Below are positions 13,908 to 25,192 of a stretch of DNA of 64,000 nt, piece after piece. Numbering within the stretch: the first letter of the stretch is position 1; each line of letters opens with the position of its first letter. The translations under genes and the position numbers were made by a program. Where the stretch lies: positions 123,256,001 to 123,320,000 of the forward strand of contig NC_042998.1 in the NCBI RefSeq assembly GCF_006345805.1. The letters run 5' to 3'. The notes under the pieces were generated by a model. The model was not told where the DNA came from. It made no database searches and saw nothing but the letters and a program-made list of their open reading frames with translations. The stretch comes from Octopus sinensis (taxonomy: Eukaryota).

Positions 13908-14212
13908 CTGAAATCTTCAGAGATGTAAGAAGCTTAAACTTCTCCATCCTCACGCCGATTTAATTTGGAAAAAATGCATTATAACATACACCATGGACCA
14001 AAGTAAAAAAAAAAACAATATGAAAATTGTTGCTAAATTAATGTACAAATGTACACACACACTGATTTCTGCACTCGCATACATACATGCATACATACAT
14101 ACATACATACATACATACATACACAACATATACACACAAATATAAAAATATGCATCTATATAAATGTGAGTGTACCTGTATACTTACACGCATAAGCGCA
14201 CATACACATATA

Positions 14213-15074
14213 CGAGGGTGTACCCAAAAGAAACAGAGTTTTCGCAATATTATTTTATTCACTTAGTTTTATGTGTACACATTTATGGCCCTCAGAGTAA
14301 TCTCCATTTAAAGCAATGCATCGATTCAGATACGCTTTCCAATGTTTGATGTAGTGCTGGAACACTCACGAAGTGATGCCTTGTAACGCCTCCGTCGTTT
14401 TCTTTCTTCACCTCTTCCCCATCTTCAAATTCCGTAGCACGGGCTTTCGTCTCCTGTGGTGACCTTCAACAAAAGGTCAGGATCAACTTCCAACTGTTTT
14501 CTTCAGTTCACGACACGCATTCAGTCGTGACTGCTTTTGATATTCCGTGAGCAAGTGAGGCACACATTTTGCTGCAACTCTTTCATTGGAAATTCCCCAC
14601 TCAAGATCCGTTGGCAGATGCTCCAGGAGACATTAGTTATATCAAAAAGTCCGTCACTTGTTCGGTGGCGGTCCTCGAAGAACAGTTCCTGAATTTTCAT
14701 GATGTTTTCATTCGTTCGGGTGTTTGATAGTCGCCCTAAACTAGGCTGGTCGTCAAGCAACAAGTGACCGTTCCTAAAGCGTGGAAACCACTCGTAAACT
14801 TGTGTGTTGCTCATGGCAGCGTCCTTGTAAGCTTTTTTGAAGCATAACAGCTGTTTCGGCCTCCGTTTTCCCCAGCGGAAAAAATAATTTCACGGAACAG
14901 AGCAGAAGTACTGCATAACAATGTCACACCACATGGCAGTTGATCCACTTAACAATGCCGGTCGACAGACTGGTGCTCGAGGGTGGAATCAAGTGACTTT
15001 TAGCGGCGGAAGCCTGCACTACAACGGGCTTGTGCAACAGAGAACAGTTCCGGTTACTTTTGGGTACCCCCTCG
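14213..15074 (-). mobile_element. Mariner element, 862 bp (copy 2, part of the tandem duplication)
   Basis: Same TIRs, TA flanks and transposase remnant as copy 1. Confidence 0.95.
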
Positions 15075-15110
15075 TATATAGCTAGATAAACATAGATATA
15101 TAAATGCGTG

Positions 15111-15219
<109 letters not shown>

Positions 15220-16897
15220 CATATGTACATATAAGAATGTGTGTGTGTGTGTGTGTGAGAGTATGCAAGTTGATGAAAGTCACTTGTAACAGATTCAAAA
15301 TAAGTTACTAAGGAAAGTGACTTAATATATAATTAGTATTGGATTGCCATTAAAAAAAAATCAAGATGGAAATTCTTTGGTAATTTCTATTACAGCCATT
15401 ATAAAAAATATCGATAGATAAATAATTATCGTCAATATATATGTTCCGTTAAGTATATAAAATTGTATCCTCAATAAAGAAACTTTCAATACTAATAAGA
15501 AACTAACTTTCAGTATTCAATAAATCCATTTCGACATAAATGTAAGCTAAACGAAAATAAACACAAAAAGCATAGACTTTCTAGTGCAGAATCGTTGCCG
15601 GCCAGGGTGCAAGTGTATTTAGTTACAGCTCTTTCCAATTTAAGGTCAAGTCATATAAAGCAACTTAGATGTGAATCGTTATTACAGCAGAAGAAAAATA
15701 TTACAAGTGGTGATTTTGTAGTAAATTTAGTTTGTCGAATGACCAGTGGATGATTGAAGTTTTGGTGGTTATGAAGATTTGACTGAATCGTGTGAGAATA
15801 AACTGTGGTAAATATCATGATGTATGAGGCAAAGATGAAGGATATGTTTGGATGGTAATGAATTCTCTGTAATACCCACAAGTATCTGTATATGCGCTTG
15901 AAAATTTAAGTACAAACCAAGCCCTCTTCGCAATGCATATGATCTCAATCGTCAGTGGAAACGGGAATTGCAACACAACGGATGTGTTTTCCATGTGTGG
16001 GCAAAATGGTTATGATTAATAAAGGAACCAGAAGAACAGTAATCCTTTTATTCAGAGTTAAACTACGTTAATGATGAACTATTGCAAATATTACTAGACA
16101 ATGCATCAGAATCTACTGTAGCTCTATTGTATAGTACTAGCTTATAGAATTAATAATTTATGTTTTTAAAAAGCTATGCTTCCTAAGAAAGTATTATAAT
16201 CGATTGAAATTTTCATTAGATTACTAGTACATTATACTGAATGTGAAGTTCGGACAAATTGTATAAATCCAAATGACTGCAAAAAATAATAAATAAACGT
16301 CGGTAAATAATACAAAATGTTAATTACTCACGAGTTAAGGTAATGTTTGTTTTTATTTCTGGAGTACTACAGTTCTTAATTTATGCTGCAGTAACTGTTT
16401 TGTGTTTAGTCATTTGGCCTTAGCGGGTATTACTGAAATAGACAGATAGGATTGTCACTCACATCAGATTTTGGCTTCAATTTCGAAAATTCTTTGATGA
16501 AAACACTAATAAAATACTAGAGTGTTTAACATAGATTTAGTTACATACAAAGTGTCATGGCATTTGTCAAGTACACAGAAGGCTTGCCCAACATACAGAG
16601 CAATGCACGTAATAACAAACAGCGGCAGTTACTCTGTCCACTATATTCCACTTGCCAGATTTCTCTCTGGTAATCATTTGCATGCACAGCAGATATCATA
16701 CGTCTGTTGTTAGCACTCAAGTTAATAATCTTCAGTAAGAATATTATAGCAATTGATCTCATCATAACTGTATTTCATATGTTCCACAATGCCAGAGAAA
16801 TAATGTATTTGTGTCTTTGATCGTGACTAATAAATCACAAAGTGTAACTCATTTATGTGTGTGTGTGTGTGTGTGTGTGTATGAGTTTGTGTGTGTG

Positions 16898-16934
<37 letters not shown>

Positions 16935-17899
16935 TTGTATGTATATGTTTGTGTGTGTATATATATATATATATATAATATATATATATATATATAATAT
17001 GCATGTATATGTGTATATATACATATATATATATATATGTACATATATTTGGAATTATCTCTTGCATAATTTTTCTGCAAACCAAGTAATACCCGATTGC
17101 GATAAATAACTCAGAATCTACTTCAAACTCATTGTCATTTAACGTACTCCACTGGTACGATTATGAATATGTGAATATCGTCACCTCTCATACATATTCA
17201 TCGTGTTTTTACATGTTACACAGTCATATGCAAAACATCTGTAGCTATGAGTTGCATTTAACATTATGTTTCACACTGTAATATTATATTTATAGATTAT
17301 ATTCAAAATATTTTCAAGTAAATTAGATTTGTATCACTTTTGTTTCTGATCTTCATCAGAATATTCATTATTGGATTGCTTCGTAGTATGGTATATGTAT
17401 AGCTGCAAACTTAAAAAAATTAGCCTCACAATTACATGCACTGGACATTGGTCCAACTTCAAGGCACCTATTGTATCGTTAGATTCACCGACAATTTGCC
17501 CAGTAAACTTGTCTAGAAGCTCTCTTATGTATCTGGGTAGTAGGCGTAATCAGTCGCCGTTTTAATACCAATTATTTACTCTCAGGTGCCTTTAACTTTC
17601 AATCAGTTGCATATACCACATTTTCGGTCTGAGCTTAGCTTCTTCGGAAGATGGCAAGAGCACTATCATTCCCTCTTTGTTTAAGCCATTAAAGCAGTGT
17701 ATTAGAACGCCACCATGAAATTTAGAGAAAAGGTTACTACTTCAAATTTTGTCACATTTGTATTGAACAATTAAATGTTTCATAAAGACCCTGAACCAAG
17801 CCTATGCATATGCAGCGTAAATATAAATATAGGAAATGTCCATTCTATAAATGAAATTAAAATAATCTTTGTCACATAATATACTAAAGATAATCGTAA

Positions 17900-18115
17900 G
17901 CCGGCAAGCTGGCAGAATTATTAGCACGCCGTGCAAAATGCTTCGCGGCATTTCATCAGTCTTTACATACTGAGTTCAAATTCCACCGCTGTCACCTTCG
18001 CTTTTCATCCTTTCAGGGTCGGTAAAATAAGTTGTAGGGGAACACTAGGGTCTATGTAATCGGCTAAATACCTTCCTCGAAATTGCTGGTCTTGTGACAA
18101 AATTTGAAACAGATA
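17900..18115 (+). mobile_element. SINE family a, diverged
   Basis: gcaagctggcagaattattagcacgcc...tgagttcaaattcc...cttttcatcctttcagggtcgg...aaattgctggtcttgtg. Confidence 0.85.
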
Positions 18116-18299
18116 TTTGCAAACACGAGAAATAGAAAACAAAAAAAAATCATCATTTTTCCCTCCTATAGTTTGTTATTTGCTCTTTCCTATCGAATCT
18201 ACGATACGCTGTGTTGTCTGGCCTGTATACTAGAAATGTTTATAATTTCGCTGTGTTTCCTGTATCCATGTCTTTTTCTCTCATTTGTTCTCGCTATAT

Positions 18300-18655
18300 A
18301 GGCTGAGGGTTGGCTGTTTACTTTCCGACCACATGGTTCCGGATAAAGTCCCACGACATAGTACAGAGGTCGAGCGTTTTCTACTATAGCCCCATTCCTA
18401 ACAAAGCTTTGCGAGTGGATGTGTTTGCCGAAAGCTAAAAGAAGCCTGTCGTATATGTTTATATGTGTGTTCTCCACACATCGCATGACAACCAGTGTTG
18501 GTTTCTTTACGCCAGCACAACTTAGCGGTTCAGCAGAAGGTATCCCATAAAATGTGTTCCACACATAAAAATATATTGAGATGATTTAATTCCAAAAAAA
18601 CCTTTCAAGGCCGTGCCCCAACATGACCGCATTCCAATGACTGAAGCTAGCAAAT
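18300..18655 (+). mobile_element. SINE family b, diverged
   Basis: ccacatggttccgg...ctactatagcc...gagtggat...aaagaagcc...cttagcggttc...gtgccccaacatgaccgc...aatgactgaa. Confidence 0.8.
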
Positions 18656-19858
18656 GACGAGGAAGTGTCAAAATAATATCTACAAATATGATGTAATCCT
18701 ATATAGAATGACATTATATTGTTATCAAGCATGTTTTCAATATATATGCATAATAAGAATAGTACATAGATGGAAGTCTTTTATGAATAATTCACGCTAC
18801 ACCATTAGTATATTTTTAACGAAAATTTGCTCACATACTTTTTCTACTGAATTAATAACTGAATTTTGTTTGTTGTTTGCTTAAAAATTAGAATCATACA
18901 CGTTTTCGCATTTTGAAGTATTCTCCATGTAATTATTTGTAAACGTTTCTTAATTTGATCCTTTTAACTGATTCAGTTTAGAAATGTATTTATATCTCTA
19001 AGCACTAGCAAATGATGCTGGAGGGTAATTCTAATAAAGTGTAATTAGGATGCAGATGTTCAGCACAGGAAGCGAAAATTGATTGATAATCGAAGTGGAA
19101 GATGGAAAAATAAAGAAAATAGAGAAAATGCACCCAAGGTAAAGATATTTTGGTGGGAAAACTACAAATTAGCTGGAACTGAAGTGTGGGGATAGAAAAT
19201 ATACAGCAGTAGCAAAATATGAACAAGAAAAGACAGTGAGAGAAATGAGAATATTTTAATAGTTAATGATTAAAGGTAGAAATACTTTTCGAGATGCTTA
19301 GAGCCTTAGTGAGGAGAAGGGAAAAAACCCCACAAAATAGATTAAAAATTTGAAGCTATATTTACATAATAAATAAATAAAATGCAACTTCAAATAAATT
19401 GAAAAGGCTCATGTTGATGCCTCTTTTATTGCACATTTCGTTCGCTTTTTCTCTTCTTTCATTTGAATGTCCCAAAATATTAAAAATAGGCAAAGCACCG
19501 TGAAAGTTCGAATGATTAGAAGTGTTATTAAACAAAAATATGTATTATTCTTCAACAGATATAATAGACCATAATCTAAATTGAAAATATCTCAGTTAAC
19601 TTTCTTATTTTACTTCTATTGAATTATAGATATTAGACGACACTATTACATTCTACACAGTCGGAACAAATATTTATTATATATAGGTCGTAAGAAGAAA
19701 GAGAGAAAATATGTCATTTCCATCGAATGTACAGTTATCAGTGAGTATAAGCAACTGAGGTAAAAAGGAGTCAAATACATTTCAGTAGATAATGAGCGAT
19801 TAATTCAACTTAAAGCCTACATATTAATCATGTATTATGCAGTATGTTCATCACTCAT

Positions 19859-20066
19859 AGCTGACAGAAGCGTTACCACGCTGGACGGAATGCTTTGCGG
19901 TATTTCGCCCGTCGCTACGGTTTGAGTTCAAATTGCTCCGAGGTAGACTTTGCCTTTCATCATTTCCGGGTCGATGAAATAAGTACCAGTTGAGTACTGA
20001 GGTTGATGTAATCGACTGGTCGCCTCCCACCAAATTTCAGGCCTTGTGCCTGTAGAAGAACGGATT
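19859..20066 (+). mobile_element. SINE family a
   Basis: agctgacagaagcgtta...tttgagttcaaatt...gactttgcctttcatc...ggccttgtgcctgtagaag. Confidence 0.88.
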
Positions 20067-21304
20067 CTTTGCTGTAGCTATCATGAGTAGTCAGGAACCT
20101 TTAATGTGTATGCTGAAACTAAATTTTAACCAAACTAAATCAAAAGGCATAAAGAGTTTAATACTGGAATGTAACACACTGTATAACTGTCGTTCGTATA
20201 CTTAGAATATCTTTCCACATTGATCAAATGCACACTATAATACGAACTTTAATCCTAATTCCATGATTGTTTCAAGTAATGCCTTTATTTTACAGGCCAA
20301 AGATCTTAATTTTGTACTTATACTGTGAACAGTGTTTTCGTAAATGTAATATATATGTATATGTATATACCTGTATATAAATGTGTGTGCATATGCATGT
20401 ATTGTATGTATGTATATAAGTGTATATATGTATATATGCATATATATATATATATATGTATGTATATATATATGTATGCATATATATATGTATATATATA
20501 TATATATATATAAAAAAGGAAATGAAGAAAATGCTGACAAATAATTGAAGTAATTTAAGTAATTTAATTAGGTGAAAGTTCTTTTTACCGGTTGCGCATT
20601 TGTTATGCTTATCAAAATATGTGAAAAAAAGAGGCTCCAGAGTTGTTTTGGATTTGCTTGGTTTCGCGCCTAAAATTTTGATTGGTCATTATGAAGGGGT
20701 CACGTGAATGTTTGAATGGAAGTTGGTGTTGGGGTAAGAAAAAAGGCTCCAGAGAAGTTAAAATTTGGCTAGTGTCCCGCCTAAAATTTCTTATTGGCCA
20801 TAATAAAGAGGTCACGTGAATGTTTAGAATTTTCGAAAATAGTGTTGTTGAAAATTCTTATTGTTCAGGCTGGTCAGTAGACGTCATGTGGATATTTTAA
20901 ATAGCTTTTTAGCGCGTAGTTAGGGAGTGTATTTTCCGCTTGACTGGATAAGTAAGTTTGTTTAGAACAGGGAGAGCTGTATGTATGTATGTGTGTGTGT
21001 GCGCGCGCGCGTGTGTGTTTATATGTATGTTGGGGCGCGCGCGCGTGTATATATGTGTATGTGTGTGGGTACAATTTTCAATATTTATAGTTCTGCTGGC
21101 CTTGTGCCTGTATCGGGAAGCAACGTATTTGTGTGAAGTCAATATTTACAGCCATTTCCAAAAAATAGTGTTGGATGTTTTGCACCCGTATTCAATTATG
21201 TGTATGTGTGGAACCATATATTTGTGTGTGTCATGGTGTTAATATCTGGGTAAAGGTGTGTGTAGGGTGTGTGCAGGTGTAAGTGTGTTTGTTGTGGGTT
21301 CGTG

Positions 21305-21826
21305 TTAGGGGCATGTGTTTAGAAGTGGTCTGTATTTATTAATAAGGTGGGATTCCATGGTTATTCGCTGGGTATGAGTGGCATTGTCTTTAAATTTGTA
21401 GAGGGGAAAGATTCTAAAATTGGGATGGAGTTGTGCGGCACAGGTATCAATATGTGCACTAAATGCTATTTTTCTATATTCCTGTATTTTTATTTGGGAT
21501 CTGTGGACAGTCATGCGTTGGCGGAGGCTATTTTTTGTTTGGCCTATGTAGTGTTCATTACAGCCCGAGCAAGTTAAGACATATACTAGGTTTTCTGATG
21601 CGCATGTGAAGTTGTGTTTTACTGTGAAACGTTGTCCTTGTTTAAAAAGGAATTCCGGACCTTCTATTAGGTTGATGCATATACCACAGTTGGGTCTATT
21701 GCATTTGTTTACTGTGGGTTTAGTTGTTGTGGTTGGCAGTACTTTGGCATTTGTTAGGATGGTTTTCAATGATTTGGGTTGCCTTTTGCTCTTTATGATT
21801 TCGTGTGTTAGGAGGATTTGGTTCAT
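21305..21826 (-). CDS. PLE linker plus GIY-YIG endonuclease segment (left copy)
   Basis: ORF-track protein with CxxxxCxxC and a GIY-YIG/CCHH pattern; the natural stop is at 21305. A single-base indel separates it from the RT segment. Confidence 0.9.
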   Translation of the reverse strand: MNQILLTHEIIKSKRQPKSLKTILTNAKVLPTTTTKPTVNKCNRPNCGICINLIEGPEFLFKQGQRFTVKHNFTCASENLVYVLTCSGCNEHYIGQTKNSLRQRMTVHRSQIKIQEYRKIAFSAHIDTCAAQLHPNFRIFPLYKFKDNATHTQRITMESHLINKYRPLLNTCP

Positions 21827-22917
21827 TCTATGGTCCTTTTGTAATACAGGAATGTTCTGGAGGATGGTGTCAAAAGCTTCATTGTTGAGGGGGTTGTGTG
21901 TAGAGATGTATGGTAGAGTATGGGGTTTCGATGTAACAGGTTAGGGCGTCTAAGTTCCTGCGTGCTGAGTTTTAGGGCGCGTTGGATCCCATTGTCAATT
22001 AGTGACGTGGGGTAATCCCTGCTTGTTAATGTGCCCTTGAGTTCTTGTAGACGTAAGAGACGGGTGTTTTTATTGGAGACTATAGTGCAAATTCTCTTGG
22101 CTAAGTTGTAGGGAATGTTAATTTTAACGTGTCTAGGGTGGCATGAATTGAAAGGGAGGTATTGCTTGGAGTCTGTGGGCTTGTAGTATATGTCTGTTTC
22201 TATTTTTTTGTTGTGAATTTTAATGAGGATGTCGAGGAAGGGAATTTGTTGAGGGCTGTATTCCATTGTGAAAATAATGTTTGTGTTGAGCCCATTTATA
22301 AGAGTGTGAAATTCGTTAAGCTTCTCGACGGTTTCGGGCCAAAGGATGAAGCAGTCATCAAGATATCTCTTCCAGTTCTTCTCTATGTGTGTGTGGAGAG
22401 TGGTGCCAAATTGGTTAAGAACGTTATTATAGAGGGTGATTTCCAGGTATCCCATGACTAAGTTGGCGTAAGTGGGAGCTGTTTTCGTTCCCATTGCCGT
22501 CCCTGATTTCTGTCTGTAGAATTTGTTGTTGAAGGTGAAGAAATTATTCTCTAAGATGAATTTGAGTCCTTCTAAAATAAATTCCTTTTTGATGCGGTGT
22601 GGGAGTTCGTTGGAGTAATTATCCAGCCAGAATTGGATAGCTTCTATTCCTAGGTTGTGGGGGATGTTGGAGTAAAGATTGACTACATCGAATGTTACTA
22701 GCAGGGTTTGTTCAGCAAGAAGTGTATTGGGGAGGTGGTTGAGCATATCTAGATCGTCCCTTATGTAGCTTTTAATGTGTTTGAGGAACGGCTTGAGAAG
22801 GGTATCAATGAAGTTGCTAAGGCGGTGGGTTTCGCAAGCGGGACCTGCTATTATAGGTCTCAATTTGAGGTCATTTGGTGAGGGGACATTGATTACAGTG
22901 TTGTGGCTTCCTTGCAT
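21823..22917 (-). CDS. PLE reverse transcriptase core (left copy)
   Basis: 364 aa ORF with the YLDD catalytic motif; both ends are cut by single-A deletions relative to the right copy. Confidence 0.92.
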   Translation of the reverse strand: MQGSHNTVINVPSPNDLKLRPIIAGPACETHRLSNFIDTLLKPFLKHIKSYIRDDLDMLNHLPNTLLAEQTLLVTFDVVNLYSNIPHNLGIEAIQFWLDNYSNELPHRIKKEFILEGLKFILENNFFTFNNKFYRQKSGTAMGTKTAPTYANLVMGYLEITLYNNVLNQFGTTLHTHIEKNWKRYLDDCFILWPETVEKLNEFHTLINGLNTNIIFTMEYSPQQIPFLDILIKIHNKKIETDIYYKPTDSKQYLPFNSCHPRHVKINIPYNLAKRICTIVSNKNTRLLRLQELKGTLTSRDYPTSLIDNGIQRALKLSTQELRRPNLLHRNPILYHTSLHTTPSTMKLLTPSSRTFLYYKRTIE

Positions 22918-23586
22918 GCCTTACTTATTAATTCGCTTTTATGAATTTTGGGAATACCGTAGAAGAGGCTGGTTTTACTAGTGAAATTTGTGATGAAGTT
23001 GAATTCTTTGTTAGTGAGTTCTTCTTTGTGGGGGTTGATCAGGGTTTTTAAGTTTCTCATAATTTTCTGTTGATTGTAGTGTTCAGCCTTTTCGTAATAT
23101 GTTCCATTTTCCAAGGTGGAGAGTGCTAAGTTGATATAGTATTCTGTCTCCATTAAGACTACTGCACTTCCTTTATCGGCCTCTTTAATGGTGATAGATC
23201 TTTCATTTTTTAATTTGTTTAATTCTTCCCACTCTTTCTTGTTGAGGTTGGTTTGGGTTTTGGTTTGTGTAAGTGTTGGTAGGGGAAGTTTGTAATGTGC
23301 TCACAGAATTCGTCTAGGATTTTATTTCTACCTTTTCGTGGGGTGTAGTTGCTTTTATTTCTAGCTAGTGACTCATCCTCATTGTGCTGGTCGAATAGTT
23401 CCTCACTAAGTCGCAATTTTCTACAAAATTCTGTAATGTCTTCCTTCATTTCGTAGTAGTTTGGACGTGGGGGGGTTGGTGTGAATTTCAGACCTTTGGA
23501 GAGTAAGTTGAGAAGGTTGGGGTTGGGTTCTGTATTGGTTAAATTGATGACTTTAATTAGTTTATGTTTCTCTTCCCTGTCCTGTG

Positions 23587-24156
23587 TTATTTTGTTTGCC
23601 TGTATCTGTGTGCTGTGTCTAAAAAATGGTTGGGGTAGAGGGGTTGTCTGTTGGTGTTAGGCGGTCCTGTGTGTTTGTTATATTCCTTGTTGTGAAATAT
23701 GGTTCGGGTTCGTGGTTGTGGATAGAATGGGGTGTTCCTGTATTGCGGGTGTTGGTGTGTGTTTCTTTGTGTTGTGATGGATTGTGGTGATATGAGTGGC
23801 CTGCGTGGGTGCTTGTATCGAGTGGTATGGGTTTGTTGTGTATTGTGAGAGTTGAGAAAGTGAAAATTACCTTGTTGTCCCCTCGTGGTGTGGATGTTGT
23901 TGTGTCTATCCTGGTAGTGGGATCCTCTTATATTTTTTAATAAGGTATTCGAGTAGTTGTTGAGTTGTTGTGTATAGCGTCTCCTTGAAGAGGAAAATTC
24001 GTTAATGTAATTCTGGTGGTGAGAGTTTCCAGGGTTCTTGTTCCTCCTTATGGACGTGGGGTAAGAAGGTACATCTTCAATATGCTGTTTCCTTCTTTTG
24101 TTCAAGGTTGGAGGGTTGGCGGAGTAGTTGTGTGGTTGGGTTCCTGGTTTTCCCAT
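23587..24156 (-). CDS. PLE N-terminal / ORF1-like low-complexity region (left copy)
   Basis: 189 aa ORF rich in N/Q/H/T/R. Its first 17 aa (MGKPGTQPHNYSANPPT) are the same as the end of the right-copy ORF 24366-24851. Confidence 0.75.
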   Translation of the reverse strand: MGKPGTQPHNYSANPPTLNKRRKQHIEDVPSYPTSIRRNKNPGNSHHQNYINEFSSSRRRYTQQLNNYSNTLLKNIRGSHYQDRHNNIHTTRGQQGNFHFLNSHNTQQTHTTRYKHPRRPLISPQSITTQRNTHQHPQYRNTPFYPQPRTRTIFHNKEYNKHTGPPNTNRQPLYPNHFLDTAHRYRQTK

Positions 24157-24299
24157 TTTTATGAACGGGTTATTGGAAGAGTAATCCGTTTTGAAAGTCG
24201 ATTCATAGTTTAGGAATCAGGCGGCACTTTTTTCCCAACGTTGTAGGGATTTTAGTTCCTCTTTGTTGCAGTCATCTTTCCATAACTTGGAGATCTTCT

Positions 24300-24851
24300 C
24301 TGAAAAATCATATAATCCCAGAATGGAACAAATCCCTCAGAGACAGAAAGTTCTCCTTCTGGAAAATGATTAGAAACAACAACAAGGCCGAGATATACGA
24401 AAAATGGATGAACTCTACTCCTCTAACTCTTCCCCGCAAAATACAATTAAAAGCCATTCCCAATGAACCTGAACCTCAAAGACGACTTAGGGAAAGAATG
24501 GCATTAGAGAGACTGAAAACAGAGATTGAACTTCTCAAATTAAGGGCCCAAACAAATGAGGAAAGAGTCAAAACAATCGATGAAGAGATCCTCCTCGTAA
24601 TAAATAACAAGGCCGAAAGCCTACACATAGAGAAGATCTCCAAGTTATGGAAAGATGACTGCAACAAAGAGGAACTAAAATCCCTACAACGTTGGGAAAA
24701 AAGTGCCGCCTGGTTCCTAAACTATGAATCGACTTTCAAAACGGATTACTCTTCCAATAACCCGTTCATAAAAATGGGAAAACCAGGAACCCAACCACAC
24801 AACTACTCCGCCAACCCTCCAACCTTTAAATTAAAACAAATTAAAAAATGA
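24300..24851 (+). CDS. PLE N-terminal helical / coiled-coil-like region (right copy, open at its 5' end)
   Basis: The frame is open from the junction: LKNHIIPEWNKSLRDRKFSFWKMIRN...RRLRERMALERLKTEIELLKLRAQ... Confidence 0.75.
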   Translation: MKNHIIPEWNKSLRDRKFSFWKMIRNNNKAEIYEKWMNSTPLTLPRKIQLKAIPNEPEPQRRLRERMALERLKTEIELLKLRAQTNEERVKTIDEEILLVINNKAESLHIEKISKLWKDDCNKEELKSLQRWEKSAAWFLNYESTFKTDYSSNNPFIKMGKPGTQPHNYSANPPTFKLKQIKK

Positions 24852-25192
24852 AAGATCTATCACCATTAAAGAGGCCGATAAAGGAAGTGCAGTAGTCTTA
24901 ATGGAGACAGAATACTATATCAACTTAGCACTCTCCACCTTGGAAAATGGAACATATTACGAAAAGGCTGAACACTACAATCAACAGAAAATTATGAGAA
25001 ACTTAAAAACCCTGATCAACCCCCACAAAGAAGAACTCACTAACAAAGAATTCAACTTCATCACAAATTTCACTAGTAAAACCAGCCTCTTCTTACGGTA
25101 TTCCCAAAATTCATAAAAGCGAATTAATAAGTAAGGCATGCAAGGAAGCCACAAACACTGTAATCAATGTCCCCTCACCAAATGACCTCAAA

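Larger units (their letters stand above)
20511..24300 (-). mobile_element. Penelope-like retroelement (Neptune-type), 5'-truncated left copy
   Basis: RT motifs: LRPII, FDVVNLYSNIP, GTAMG, WKRYLDDCF, PFLDI, KPTD...SCHP. Cys linker CNRPNCGIC. GIY-YIG domain VYVLTCSGC...YIGQT...LRQRM...ESHLI...LN. About 790 bp of 3' UTR without poly(A). Confidence 0.97.

Noticed and set aside
17335-17365. Minus-strand ctgatgaagatcagaaac, resembling a minimal hammerhead core
   Set aside because: No complementary stem I or III and no NUH cleavage site nearby.
17608-17745. Minus-strand GGVLIHCFNGLNK, resembling a phosphatase HCxxGxxR loop
   Set aside because: The catalytic Arg is absent, the frame is short and closed by stops, and there are no convincing splice sites.
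23225-24103. The segment missing from the right copy as a spliced intron
   Set aside because: No GT...AG boundaries on either strand.
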